64,000 bases of DNA from NCBI RefSeq assembly GCF_018977255.1, contig NW_024704742.1, forward strand, positions 44,518,001 through 44,582,000, written 5' to 3'. This document shows, piece by piece, positions 1 to 11,970 of this stretch. Each line of letters opens with the position of its first letter. Positions within the stretch are counted from its first letter, which is position 1. Under the pieces are notes generated by a model, which saw only the letters and a program-made list of their open reading frames with translations, had not been told where the DNA came from and did no database searches. The DNA is from Callorhinchus milii (taxonomy: Eukaryota). A program made the position numbers and the translations under genes.

Positions 1-229
1 GCTTATATATGGTTCTACAAGCAGGCAGTGAAAACTTGAAAGATCAGTTGACAGGCTCTATTATAGATATGACCAGAGAAGTGAAAAGACGGATCAAGGG
101 GAAGTGGTGGCTTTGAACAAGGTCACTTGTCAGTAGCCCCCAAACCCACCCAAATTAGAGCTCACTGTGGCACTTTTAAGGGTTGAACAAGTTGAACAGG
201 GACTGGAGGAACTGGGAATGTTTCTGTTG

Positions 230-1901
230 GAATAACCTCAACCTCCAGGACCTCACTTGCTCTATCTTCTTACTCCTCTGGCTTATTCCCCTCATTCGAG
301 CACCTTACACTCTACCATCCCTCCAATCTTTCCCTCAAAATTCTCCTCATTTCAACTCCTTTAACTCTTCAATCCCTCTCCCCATCACCACCGAACCCAC
401 CTCTATCTCCTACCGCCTCTAGAAAAAAATTCCCCGCAATCCCTCTCTGCTGCCCTGGAGTCATCTGAACTCTTCCCCCTCTGGTCTGCCTCTCACACTG
501 ATTGATCCTCCTCACTCACAACTCCCTCCCCGCAATTCTTGATGCCCTTGCCCCCATCACATCCCGTACAGATTCCTACTCACGAACCTCACTCTGGTAC
601 ACCAACCACCTTCACTCACTCAATGGTCAGGTGTGGCCCGCTGAATGCAACTGGCTCAAGTATGACCTAACGGTCCACCAGCAGTTTGGCTGGATCACAT
701 CAGAACGTACCACTCTGCCCTCACCTCTACCAAATTGTCCTACTCCAAAATAATCTTGGAGGTGAAGAACAACCCCAGGCTCCTATTCACCACCACCAAC
801 CGGCTCCTCTATCCACTCTCCCATGCCTCACCATTCTCTCCTCAAGCTCTGACTGTGAAGAGATGCTGATTTCTTTGTGTCCCAAATCGAGGGTATCGGT
901 TCAGCTGCCTCTGCTTTCCCAACCGCCATTCCCTCCCCTGCTCCACCCCAAATTCCAACCCCCCCACCCATCCCTCCCTACACATCTTCGAACCTGTCTC
1001 CCCATCCTCTCTCATCATCCAGCAGGAAACATACCACCTGTTCCCTTGAACCCATCCCAACTCCTCTCCTTTCCTCCCAGCTCTACCTCCTCACCCCTCT
1101 ACTCTCCAACACCATCAATTTTTCTCTTTCATCTAGCACCATTACCATCCACCTAAAAACAGTTACAATCACCTCCATCCTGAAAAAACCTTCCTTGGAC
1201 CCATCCTTGTCTTCTAATAATTGACCCATCTCCAACCTTGCTCTTCTTTCGAAGGTCCTTGAAAGAGTCATTGCTTTCCAACTTTGCTCATTCCTCTCCT
1301 ACCACTCCACTCATGAGCCCCTCCAATACGGTTTCCATCTGCTTACAGCACAAAAAATTCTCTGGTCAAGGTGCCAAATGACATTTTGTCCATCTGTAAC
1401 CAGAGCTCCCTCTGCCTCCTTGTTCTCCACACCTCTCTGCTGCCTTCGATACCATGGACCATTCCATCCTCTTACACCGCCTCTTCTCTCACCTCAACCT
1501 TCAAGGTTCGGTCCTTGAATGGTTCTGGTCTTATCTCTCACACTGCCTCCAATTTGTCTCTCGTGTGGTGTTACTCAGGGCTCTGTCTTCGATCCCTTCC
1601 TCTTCAACATCATCTGCAAACATGGGGTCAACTTCCAAATGTACCGGGATGACACCCAACTCTATCTTTCTCTGCCTCCACCCTCGATTCCAGGACAACT
1701 GACATCCTGACAGACTTTCTACAGCTGAGTGTCAGCAATACTGAAGCCCTCCTGATTGGCTTACATCAGTGTCTCCGCAACTCAGGCACTGGCAGCATCA
1801 GCATCTACTGTTGCACACTTCACCTCACCAAGCCAGTTAGGAACCTGGGCATCCTGTTCGACCCTCAACTGTCCTTTCTCCCCCATATCCATACAATGGC
1901 A
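230..1901 (+). mobile_element. L2-clade LINE, decayed ORF2 fragment including RT domain
   Basis: C/T-rich strand; ORFs 877..1224 (LKTVTITSILKKPSLDPS) and 1519..1710 (GVTQGSVFDPFLF, MYRDDTQLY) are L2 RT motifs; frameshifts and stops throughout. Confidence 0.9.
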
Positions 1902-2040
1902 ACAAAATTATATTTATAGAGCACCTTTCACGTTGGGAGGATGTCTCAAAGCGCTGAACAGTCAGGGGTCGGGACCCGAGCATGCAGGAGGGGTGGTATA
2001 GGGTTGAAGGAAGGCAGAAAGGTGGGAGGGTGACCAAAGG
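1902..2040 (-). mobile_element. 5'-truncated L2 3' end inserted into the plus-strand L2
   Basis: Matches reverse complement of the L2 tails at ~27000-27100 and ~63700-63790; flanked by catacaatggca (1890-1901) and cataccatgaca (2041-2052). Confidence 0.8.
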
Positions 2041-2130
2041 CATACCATGACACACTCTGCTTTCCCCCACCTCCGTAATATTGCCTGACTCCACCATTGC
2101 CTTACCTCTCAGTCCGCCGAAACCCTCATA
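2041..2130 (+). mobile_element. Continuation of the plus-strand L2
   Basis: Colinear with 26430-26515 of the more complete L2 copy. Confidence 0.75.
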
Positions 2131-2862
2131 TAGAAATGGTCCTGGAGTTGAGGGTGGAGGCAGAAAGATAGAGTTGGGTGTCATCTGCATACATATGGAA
2201 GTTGACCCCATGTCTGCAGATCATGTCATCAAGGGAGAGCATGTAGATATTAAAGAGAAGAGGGCCAAGGACAGAGCTCTTGGGGATGCCGGACGTGACA
2301 GTGCAGGGGCTGGAGGAGAAACTGTTAGAGGCAACAAAGTGGAGAAGGTGAGAGAGATAGGAATCGAACCAGGCAAGGGCAGGTCTGCAAAGATTAATTA
2401 AAGAGGAGAGGCGATGTATGAGGATGGAGTGGTCGACAGTGTCGAAGGCAGCAGAGAGGTCGAGGAGGACAAGGAGGCAGAGGCAGAGGGAACCAAAGAT
2501 GTTCAGAATGTCATTAATAACTTTGACCAGGGCTGTTTCCGTGCTATGGGCAGCGCGGAAGCTGGATTGAAGGGGTTCAAAGAGGGAATAGCGAGAAAGA
2601 AAGGAGCGGGGCTGGGACACAACGACTTGTACCAGGACCTTGGAGAGAGAAATGGGGCAGTAGCTGGAGAGGAGGGATGGGTCCAGGGAAGGTTTGTTCA
2701 GGATAGGGGTGATGGCAGCTGTTTTTAGGGGGATGGGAACTGAACCGGTGGAACAAGGAAAAGTTGATGACATTGGACAGGAGAGGTTGCAGAAAGTGGA
2801 GCTGGGAGATGAGGAGAAAAATGGGGATGGGATCGAAAGAGCAGGTGGTGGATTTGAGTTAA
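2131..2862 (-). mobile_element. L2 LINE RT fragment
   Basis: ORF 2126..2869 carries [43 protein letters not shown]. Confidence 0.95.
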
Positions 2863-2914
2863 CTAACACCCCTAGATCTCTTTTACCTTTCCCCTTTGCA
2901 ATTTCAATCCCAAA

Positions 2915-3047
2915 GCAAATGGGGAGGTTAAGAAAATGTTTTTCATGCGCAGAATAGTGGTTAGGATATGGAATGCCCTGTTGGGAGCATTATTTGTGGC
3001 AGATTCATATTTGCTTTCAAAAGTGAACACAATAGATATCTAAAACA
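2915..3047 (+). mobile_element. CR1 LINE 3' fragment, first half (resumes at ~6432)
   Basis: Similar to the end of ORF2 in the CR1 at 42525-42650. Confidence 0.7.
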
Positions 3048-5047
3048 GCCTTTGAGGCTGTTCCACCATTTAAATAGGTCATGGCTGATCTGTATCTCAA
3101 CTAATCCTTTCAATTCCAATTTCCCACTTTCTCACCATATCCCTTAATACCCTGATCTACGGAAAATCTATCAACCTCATTATTGAAGGTGTGGATGAAT
3201 CCAGCATCCACAACCTTTTGGGGGAGAGAATTCCAGATTTCTACCACCCTTTGAGTGAAAAAATGCTTCCTGATTTCCCTCTTAAATGGTTTGGTGCCCA
3301 AAACTGAACACAATACTTCAAATGGGGTCTGACTAATGCTCTATACAGCTGAAGCAACATTTCCTCCCTTTGTATTCAGGCCCATTGAGATAAAGGCCAA
3401 CATTCAATTCACCTTTTCGATTACTTTTTGCACCCGGGAACTAGGTTTTAACAATTTGTGGATATGGACACCTGAATCTCTTTTCTCCTCCACAGTTCTC
3501 AATGTTAAGAAAATATTCTGCTTGATCTTATTTTGGTCCACAGTGGAAGACCTCACACTTCCCTACATTGAACTCCATCTGCCACAGCTTTGCCCACTCA
3601 TTTAATCTGTCTAATTCCCTTTGTAACTTCCTACAACCATCTACACAATTTACTGAGCCTCCTAGCTTAGTGTTGTCTGCAAACTTGAATATAAAACTTT
3701 CTATTCCTTCATCCAAGTCATTTATGTTTATGGTGAATAGCTGAGGTCCCAGTACAGGCACCTGGGGGACACCACTTGTCACGTCTGCCAATCAGAAAAC
3801 ATTTCTTTTATCCTTACTCTCTGTTTCTTAAATAAAGGGGTCACATTCGCAATTTTCTAATCTAAAGGCACAATTCCCGAATCTATTGAACTTTGGAAAA
3901 TTATGACGAATGCATCTGCAATTTCCTCTTCTATTTCATTTAACACACTGGGGTGGAAAAACTATCAGGTCATGGAGATTTGTTTACTTTGAGTCTCAGT
4001 ATATTCTCCATTACCATTATTTTATTTATATTAATTTTATTAAGCATTTCTCTTTGACTTATTTTAGGTTCCCCTGTATGGCTGGTATTTTGTCCTCATC
4101 TACTACTGTAAAAACAGTAGCAAAGTATTTATTTAACAAGTCAGACATTTCCTTATTTTCCGCTATAGTCTTACCTACATCTGTCTTTAACAAACCCACA
4201 TTCCCCTTGACCATTCTCTTTCTCTTAATATATTTACAAAAGTTTTTACTATTGGTTTTAATATCCCTTGCAATATCCCTTTTTTTATACTCCCTTTTTG
4301 CTCCTCTTATTACTTTCATTGTTGCCTTTTGTAGTTCTCCCAGTCTTCTGCATTCCCACTTTTTCTTGCATTTGAGTAAACCTTTTAGCTTGACATGGTC
4401 TCTAACCTCTTTTTTCCGCCATGGTTGCTTAACTACATGATTGGGTTTTTATTTTAGGGATATATACTTGTTCTGTATTGTATCAAATACTTTTTTGAAT
4501 ACCTCCCATTGTTCATCTGAGGTTTACACACTAACAGTTCAACCCAGTTTACCCTGGACAATATATTTGTCATCCCATCTAAGTTTGCCTTACTTAAGTT
4601 TAAAATCTTGGTTTGGGACTATCTCTTCTCCCTCTCAAATTTAATGGCAAATTCAATCATATTATGATCACTATTTGCAAGATATTCTCTTGCTGTCAGA
4701 TTGTTAACTGGTTCTGGCTCATTATTCATCACCAAATCCAGTATGGCTTGTTCTTTTGTCGGTTCTAAAAATATTGTTCCAAAAAACTGTCCGAAATACA
4801 TTCTAGAAATACATTGCCTTTACCACCTGAGGTGTCCTGCTTCTCCCAGTCTATGTGAAAATTAAAATCTCCCATTATAACCACATTGCTTTTGCTACAT
4901 GATTCCCTGATCTCTGTCTTTATACATTTCCCCACTACATCACAACTCTTTGGAGATCTGTAGACTATTCCCAAAAGAGTCGTACCTCCTTTGCTGTTCT
5001 TTACCTACAGTGTTTCCACTACCTGATCGCCCTTACTGAAATCTTTC
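3048..5047 (-). mobile_element. CR1 LINE ORF2 (endonuclease C-term, RT, 3' region) with internal deletions
   Basis: ORFs 4765..4974 (GIVYRSP, IMGDFN), 4619..4801 (AILDLV, SDHNMIEF), 3528..3791 (SGVPQ..LGPQLF, FADNTKL), 3110..3313 ([14 protein letters not shown]). Confidence 0.95.
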
Positions 5048-5945
5048 ATAAGAATATAAGAAATAGGAGCAGGAGTAGGCCATTCTGCCCTTCAAGTCTG
5101 CCCCGCCATTTAATAAGATCATAGCTGATCTTCTAGCCTAATTCCATTTACCTGCCATATCCTCATATCCCTTAATCCCTTTAGTTTTTAAAAATCTATC
5201 GACCTCAATCTTGAATATGTTCAATGACTGAGCATCCACAGCCTTCTGGGGGAGAGAATTCCATAAATTCACTACCCTCTGAGTAAAGGTATGTTTTCTC
5301 AACTCAGTTCTAAAGGCTGACCTTTAATCCTGAGACTATGACCTCTAGTTTTAGATTCTCCAACCAGGGGAAACAGTCTCACACTATCTACCCTGTCAAG
5401 ACCTTTAAGAAATTTATAGGTTTGTATAAGATCACCTCTAACTCTTCTATATTCGAGAGAATTATAGGCCTAGTCTACTCAACCTCTCCTCATAAGTCAA
5501 CACCCTCATCTCAGGAATTAACCTAGTGAACCTACGTTGCACCCCCTCTAAAGCGAGTATATCCTTTCTTAGATAAGGAGACCAAAATTGCACACAATAT
5601 TCCAGGTGCAGTCTCACCAAGGTACTATACAATTGCAGTAAGACTTCCCTACTCTTGTACTCTAACCCCTTTGCAATAAATGCTAACATGCTATTAACCT
5701 TCCTAATTGCTTGCTGTACCTGCATACTAACTTTCTGTGATTGGTGTACAAGGACGCATACATCCCTTTGAATACTAACACTATCTAGTCTCTCCCCCTG
5801 TTTTTCAATTCTTTCTGCCTAGGTGAATAAATTCATACTTCCCCACATTATACTCTATCTGCCACTTTCTTGCCCACTCACTTAACCTGTCTATATCCCT
5901 TTGCATCCTTCTTGTGTCCTCCTCACAGCTTACTTTTCCATCTAC
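5048..5945 (-). mobile_element. 5'-truncated CR1 nested inside the preceding CR1
   Basis: ORF 5462..5725 (LVRLHLEYCVQFWSPYLRKD); CR1-type 8-bp tail cataagaatataagaaatagg at ~5047-5067. Confidence 0.92.
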
Positions 5946-6425
5946 CTTTCCACTGCTGTAATAGTGTCTTTTATCAATATTGCTGCTCCTCCTCCTTTCC
6001 CAATGTCCCTATCTTTTCTGAAGATCTTATAGCCAGGAATATTTAGCTCCCAGTCCTGCCCAGCTTGTAACCAGATCACTGTAATGGGTACTACATCATA
6101 CCCTTGAAGCTGAATTTGTGCTACTAACTAACTTGTTTTATTTCTTATGGTACGTGCATTTGTATACGTAACTCTTATTTGAGTAACTATCCCCAACATG
6201 TCTATATGCCCTGATGATGTTCTTCTCACACTTTTTGATGTGTTACACCTTTTGTGATAACGTCCTATTACGTTTTTTTCCTGTAGTATTTATGTTATCT
6301 TTATCATTATTTGTATTCTGACCGTTGCTCTCATCTTCTCCTTGCCTTATATTTTGGTTATTGTTTCCACCTGACCCTCCCCCTCCCTTAAAGCTTTTTC
6401 TACAGTCCTATTTATCCTTTACGCT
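5946..6425 (-). mobile_element. 5' part of the outer CR1 (ORF1 end and APE endonuclease start)
   Basis: Minus strand reads YTNARTIRNK..GYDVV..WELNIPGYKIFRKDRD..GGGAAILIKD, the CR1 endonuclease N-terminus. Confidence 0.88.
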
Positions 6426-6431
6426 AGTAGG

Positions 6432-6552
6432 TAAGGAGTAAACTACAGGGGGTATGGATAAAGAGCAAGTAAATAAAAATGAAATGATTGCTCTTTAAAA
6501 GAGTCAGCACAGACAGATGGGCAAAATGACTTTCTGTGCTGTAAATTTCTAG
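6432..6552 (+). mobile_element. CR1 3' UTR, second half of the copy starting at 2915
   Basis: gctctttaaaagagtcagcacagac..atgggc..tgtgctgtaaatttcta matches CR1 tails at 42705-42784 and 58550-58620. Confidence 0.75.
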
Positions 6553-6939
6553 GGTTTTAAGTCTAATTTTGTGTGGTTGCTGAATAACATGCCAGAAATT
6601 ACTTAAAATATTACTGGTACCATATTAGCACTTGACACCAGAAACACCAGTGACTGGGATCACTGAAGACCTGGAAGGGCTATTTGTTCTACAGCTTCCT
6701 GATCCTCAGTGGTAAGCCTCCAAAGCTATTTCTGTAATAATTGCCAAGCTGCTTAAGTACTTGGATAATAGCACATATGCATCTGAAATTCAAGTCCATC
6801 CTATTCGGTGACAAGTTCTTTAATTTTAAAATTGCCTTAGAATCACTGAATGAGAAAATGGCCCTAAGAATGGCAATTTTTATTAAAATATTTATTAAAA
6901 AGATGTTTGCACAATGAAATGGTAATACATATCCTATCA

Positions 6940-7260
6940 TTGCTGATCTATGGTTGATCTCAGCCATAAAGCCTCAATTGATCTCAGGACCCTTGGCTTA
7001 AGGAAGCCTTAGCTTAAAGTTCAGTGATGTTTTGTGGGAAGTGTATGTGTGTGGATACTGAGTCAGGACAGCATCAGGTATAACTGCTAGGTTAAGTGTG
7101 GTTAATTAGCTTATCAGCATTCGCTGTGCAGGCTCACAAATGAAATGTGGCCACTTGGCAAGGTTGAAGAAGGCAGTTGGCTCTGTGAAGCTGTACCCCA
7201 TAAAATGAATGGCTTTATGGAAGGTAGAGTGGAAAAAGGGGAAAAATGGCCAAACCAAAC
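6940..7260 (+). mobile_element. Old interspersed repeat, probably a SINE family distinct from the Deu SINEs
   Basis: Colinear motifs (gtgtgtg..gctcaca..tgtg(a/g)a..gtacccc..purine-rich end) shared with 47490-47760. Confidence 0.5.
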
Positions 7261-8004
7261 ATTGGAGGTGCAGTAACTTAAAATGGAAAATAAGCACATT
7301 TCTGGCAGTGGAATATTGGAATCAAGTTGATCCTCTGTAGCAGTTTGGGTGGTCCTGTTCCATAACCAGATAGGTCTGTGGAGCTCCAAGACACTGTTGA
7401 CGATAGACCCACCAGCCTGGGCTTATGTGCAGAACTTGCAGAGTCAGATCAATCCCTGGAGTAGGGAGTCTTCTCACTCAGCTCTTGTTAACCCTGCAGA
7501 ATAAGCCCCTAGTGGATAGATGATCCTATGTGGACAAGCAGCTGGAAGCTTTTCAGGCAGTGTTCACAATGGCAAGCTACCTGGTTTTGGTTGGTTAAAT
7601 TCCAGCAGTACTCTGAAGTACACTCTGGAGCCTTGGGTTTTGCCAACTTGTGCCTAATATTCTCTACAATTAGGTAAACATTCCTCCAGGGAGAAGGTGT
7701 GCATTCCATTCCAGACACCGGGAAGTTTCCATATCTGGATGGCTTATGTGGAACTCTCAATCTAGTTATAGACTAGTAAGCATATAGATGAGTTTCTGCA
7801 TGTGCCGGACACCCGACTAATCAAAATAAAGGAGTAGCCTGGTGTGAGAGACGAGTCTAAGGCTAGTAGAAATCTAAATTTCCCCAGTAAAAGGAAACCA
7901 CATTTTTTCCCCTTCATTCAGCAAGAATACTTTGAACAGAAATTATTTCTTCTGGACTTCCTTATTGTTCCCTTTAATTTTCTATCAATAGAGCCAAAGT
8001 CAAC

Positions 8005-8455
8005 AACAAATTGCATTTATGTAGCGCTCTTTACATGAGGTAGAGTTCCGGAGTGCTTAATAAGTCTTAATTATACTTTACTGTATTTCAAAACTTCTTA
8101 AGCATTCAGATGGAAAGTTACCAAATACAATAAACAATTTTAATTGTTAATATTGTTTGAGGAGCTGAGCTATATTGAGTTGAAGGTGGGGAGGAAGGAG
8201 ACAAGGTGGAGGGATTGAGGGAGAGAGTTCCAGAGTTTCGGGACATAGTGGCTGAAGGCACAGGCATCAATGGTGGAGTGGAGAGGACAAGGGACCAACA
8301 GGAGGCTGGAGCCAGCCGAGCTGAGGCAGTGGTTGATGGAGTGGGGATAAGCAGATTAGGTAGGTAGAGAGGTGCCAGGGCATGAATGGATTTGAAAACG
8401 AGAGAGGATCTTGAAATCGATCCGTTTGGTAATTAGGAGTCAGTGGAGGCTGGTA
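8005..8455 (-). mobile_element. L2 3' fragment(s)
   Basis: Tail caacaacaaattgcatttatgtagcgc at ~8000 and purine-rich L2 3' ORF2 segment at 8160-8455. Confidence 0.75.
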
Positions 8456-9089
8456 TTTCTCATCATTTCTCATATCTCTTACACAGTTGCCTTTATATCT
8501 TGGGCAGGTATTCACAGGTGAAGTTCGGTTCTAATTGGGATACAATGGTAGTCTTATGTCAATCAGAATATTATTATTATGTGTGTACAATACACATTTA
8601 CATTGGTATAGCCCCTTTCACTTCAGTAGTTTATATGGAGCAAATAGGAAAATGATTGCACAGACTGGCCAGTCCATTCCATTCACTGTGCCCTGTGATC
8701 CCTGTTAACCCCGTGTGAAGGACGCTATATAAATGCAACTTGTTGTTTGTTGTTGTTGTTCACTGTGTGCTGACAAATGTCAAATAAGATGCCAACAAGG
8801 GCCTCTCGAATTTGCATAGGTTCTTGGGAAGACACTTCAGCATTTGAAATATGTTCACTTTTTTATTCAGCCTCCTTTTTTAGGGTGGGGTAAGATGACA
8901 GAATAGGGTTATGTTGCATTGTATTTTTGTTGACAGCATTAACAACAGTAGGCTGCTGTACCCACCAAAGGAAACATCCAATCCTATCTTAGGTGAAAAA
9001 ATAATTATTTCCCTTAAGTTTATAACATGCTTGCTTCATATGTATGGTATAGAGTAATCAATCAATTAGATAAGACTAATCTTATTCAG

Positions 9090-9392
9090 GGCAAATGTTC
9101 CTCTCTATATGCACTTATTCTCTTTCTGTAGTGGATTTCCTATAATTTACGCTTTCTAAAGTGAACTTGTTCCCTTTCTATAGAGAACTTTTTCTTTCAT
9201 GGGCTCTTTAGTGAGCGTCTTGCTTTGATAGATTTAGACGATATTGTGAGTTTGTTGTCTTTCCATAGTGAAGTTTTCCTCTTTCTGTAGTCAATATTTT
9301 CTGCAGTGTGTTTGCTCCCCTCCTATCATGGACTTTTCTCCTAGAATAACTTTTCTGTAGTGTTTTTTTNCTGCTCTCGATAGTGGATTTTC
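9090..9392. repeat. Degenerate minisatellite (ctctttctgtagtggattt-like unit)
   Basis: Recurrent tctgtagtgga / tctatagagaa / ccatagtgaag / tcgatagtgga motifs. Confidence 0.55.
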
Positions 9393-9575
9393 AGCCTAGT
9401 TCTGTTGGTAGCACTCTTGCCTCAGAGTTAGGAATTTGAGGATACAAGCTCCATGTTGGGACTTTGAACTCACAGTTTAGATTGATATGCCAATGCAGTG
9501 CTGGGGGTTTGCTGTATTCTTGGAGATGACGTTAAACCAAGGTTCTGTCTGCCTGTTCAGGTGATATTAATTGGT
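9393..9575 (+). mobile_element. Deu-domain SINE, 5' half
   Basis: tRNA-like head (gttggtagcactcttgcctcagagt) and Deu core (gttaaaccaagg..ctgcctgttcaggtg). Confidence 0.75.
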
Positions 9576-9984
9576 TATTATTGTTTGGCCTGAATTTAGA
9601 TACAAAAATAATGATAAATGTTGTAATTTCTATTATGAATCATGGTTGATTTCAATTAGGGACAAAACTGGGCCATTCTGGAACATGGGATATTTCAATG
9701 TGATTGTATAATTTCAGGATGATTTTACAAGCTTGCGATTGCTATTGATCACAATAAAGCTTAGCAAAAGTCCCAGAACTAACCCAGATGAGAGTTCTAC
9801 ATTTGCCTTTCTACTATGGTTGGAACCGTGGTTATGGAAACAACAGTTTAATCACTGTATGTTGCATTGCTTGTTGGTTCACTGTCACTGAAATTACACT
9901 CCTGAAAGAAGAAAGAAAGCTTTAAGTGCTGAACACAACAAACATAAAGGGTTCAATATTTTATACAGGCAGCATTCATTTAGT

Positions 9985-10428
9985 GTGTCAATTTGTCTCA
10001 GTTGGCAGCATTCTTGCCATTGAGTCAGAAATTTGTCGGTTCAAGCCCCACATTGGGACTTCAAACTCATATAGTCTAGGCTGACATTCCAATGCAGTGG
10101 TGGAGATATGCTGTATTGTTGCAAGGGCCATCTTTTGGATGAGATGTTAAACTGACACCTCCTCTCCCTGCTCAATTGGATGTTAAAGATCCCTTGGCAC
10201 AATTTGAAAAGAGGAGGGACTTTCTTCTGGTGTCCTGGCCAACAATCAGCCAAATAAAATTGGTTGTTCACTTTGTGGCTGTTTGTGGGACATTGCTGTG
10301 TGCAAATTGGCTACCAAAGTTCATCCATAAAACACAGTCATTTCAATTTACATAATTTCCTGTGAAGCGCTTGAGACATCATCCCAACACGAAAAGCACT
10401 ATACCAAATGAAAAGATTATTATTATTA
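9985..10428 (+). mobile_element. Full-length Deu-domain SINE (SacSINE1/AmnSINE1-like core)
   Basis: Head ctcagttggcagc..ggttcaagccc, core ggatgagatgttaaac..gatgttaaagatccc..gtgtcctggccaac, L2-like 3' end and (ATT)n tail. Confidence 0.88.
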
Positions 10429-10555
10429 CCATTTTAATGTTTTTTAGTTTATTACCACAAACTTTTGCCTTTAAAGATCTCATAAAAATAAACTAATTAC
10501 AAATCACTTTATCAGAAATTGTATTTGTTTTTTGCTTTTATTATTGCTTGTATAG

Positions 10556-10624
10556 AACCACACATATTCTGGGACCATACCACGTAATTTGACTGTTCAC
10601 AAGACCAATAATTCAGATACATGA
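10556..10624 (+). CDS. Candidate terminal coding exon of an unidentified host gene
   Basis: T-rich tract and tatag acceptor at 10525-10555; frame 0 reads NHTYSGTIPRNLTVHKTNNSDT*; followed by repeat-free AT-rich UTR-like sequence; no homology recognised. Confidence 0.2.
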   Translation, partial: NHTYSGTIPRNLTVHKTNNSDT

Positions 10625-11409
10625 GACTTAGAACAAATGATTCCCATGAGTGAAATAACACTTAACAATTAGTAGCATGTGGTGTTGCAGAATTAATTTA
10701 AAGATGCACTTAAGGTTCTGCCAAGGGCTATATGTCTTGATATTAAACAGAATTGTTCTCATTGACGTGCAATGAGCGAAATTGTTACATACGTAACTCA
10801 CAACTGCAGTGTAAGAAAAGGTTCCTTGGTAATTGTAAAAGAGTTGCTGTCACCTTTGTTCCATTTGCTATATATTCAATATATATTAATACTTGCATTT
10901 GATGTATCACTTTCCCATATCAATGGTTGCAAAATGTTTAACACAATGAGTTATTTTGAAGTGTAGTGTCAGTTTAGTGAAACATTAGACAATTATCACA
11001 TAGAATATATTGGAAGTGGACACTCCCACCACTCCCACACAATGTAATTTTAGTAGCAACATCAGAGAAGCCAGCCTGCAGCAATGGACTTCTGGCACAT
11101 AGACCTTGGCCTTTGATGACCAGTGACTGGGTTATCATCTTTTTATTGAAGGAAGTGCTTGGAGTTGTCATTGTCCCAGAGACTAGCAGTCGAAGGAATG
11201 TGATTCCTGAGTTGGAATTCCAAAGTCTTTGACAGAGGTTGATAGATGTTACCTTTGAGAAATGTGCCAGAAGATGAAGGGACTCCTTCATTGGCACATT
11301 CATTGTTAACATCAAATGTTAATTGAACCTTAATTGTTTTGCAGGAAAACATGGCAGCTAATTTGTCCTGTATCATCCCACATGACATGTATTGCCTCTC
11401 AACCAGGTA

Positions 11410-11970
11410 ATTTGTATACCACAGAAGGCCATTCATTCCAACATGGAACTAGCTCCTAAACTGGAGCTCTCCACTCTAATCTCATTTCCCTAGCATTTTT
11501 CCGAACCCTTCCATATTCCCTTTCTCCCCCAAAATATCAAATTTCCCTTTAAATGTTGTTATGGATTTAGTCTCATCAACCATTCTAGTACTCTAGTAAT
11601 AATTACTCAAAACATGTCTTCTCGCTATTGATTAACCAATCATAGGAAGTATAGGAAAACAGGAACAGGAGAAGGTCATTTTGCCCATTGATGCTGTTTC
11701 TTCAGTCTTTAGATAAATAATAATGCTTGCATTTGACACAGCACCTTTCACATGGGGAAGACATATCAAAGCGCTTTGCAGAATTTACTGTAAAGTGTAG
11801 TGACTGTATTGTACACATAACAGATTTTTTAAATTCCAAAGCCCCTTAATACGTCTACAATCGAGTATCTGTCTGTCTCTTGTTTAAACATCCCTATTAA
11901 TTCCATCTCTACAGGTTTCTGGGGCAGAGCATGCCACATCTTCTTAACCCTCAGTATCAATCTATTAAAA
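11410..11970 (-). mobile_element. Cluster of old CR1 3' fragments with an embedded SINE tail
   Basis: ORF 11829..12011 (LRVKKMWHALPQKPVE..FKQETD) resembles the CR1 ORF2 C-terminus. Confidence 0.6.

Noticed and set aside
9370..9370. Ambiguous base n (also at 42546)
   Set aside because: Both lie at the end of T homopolymers: sequencing uncertainty, not biology.
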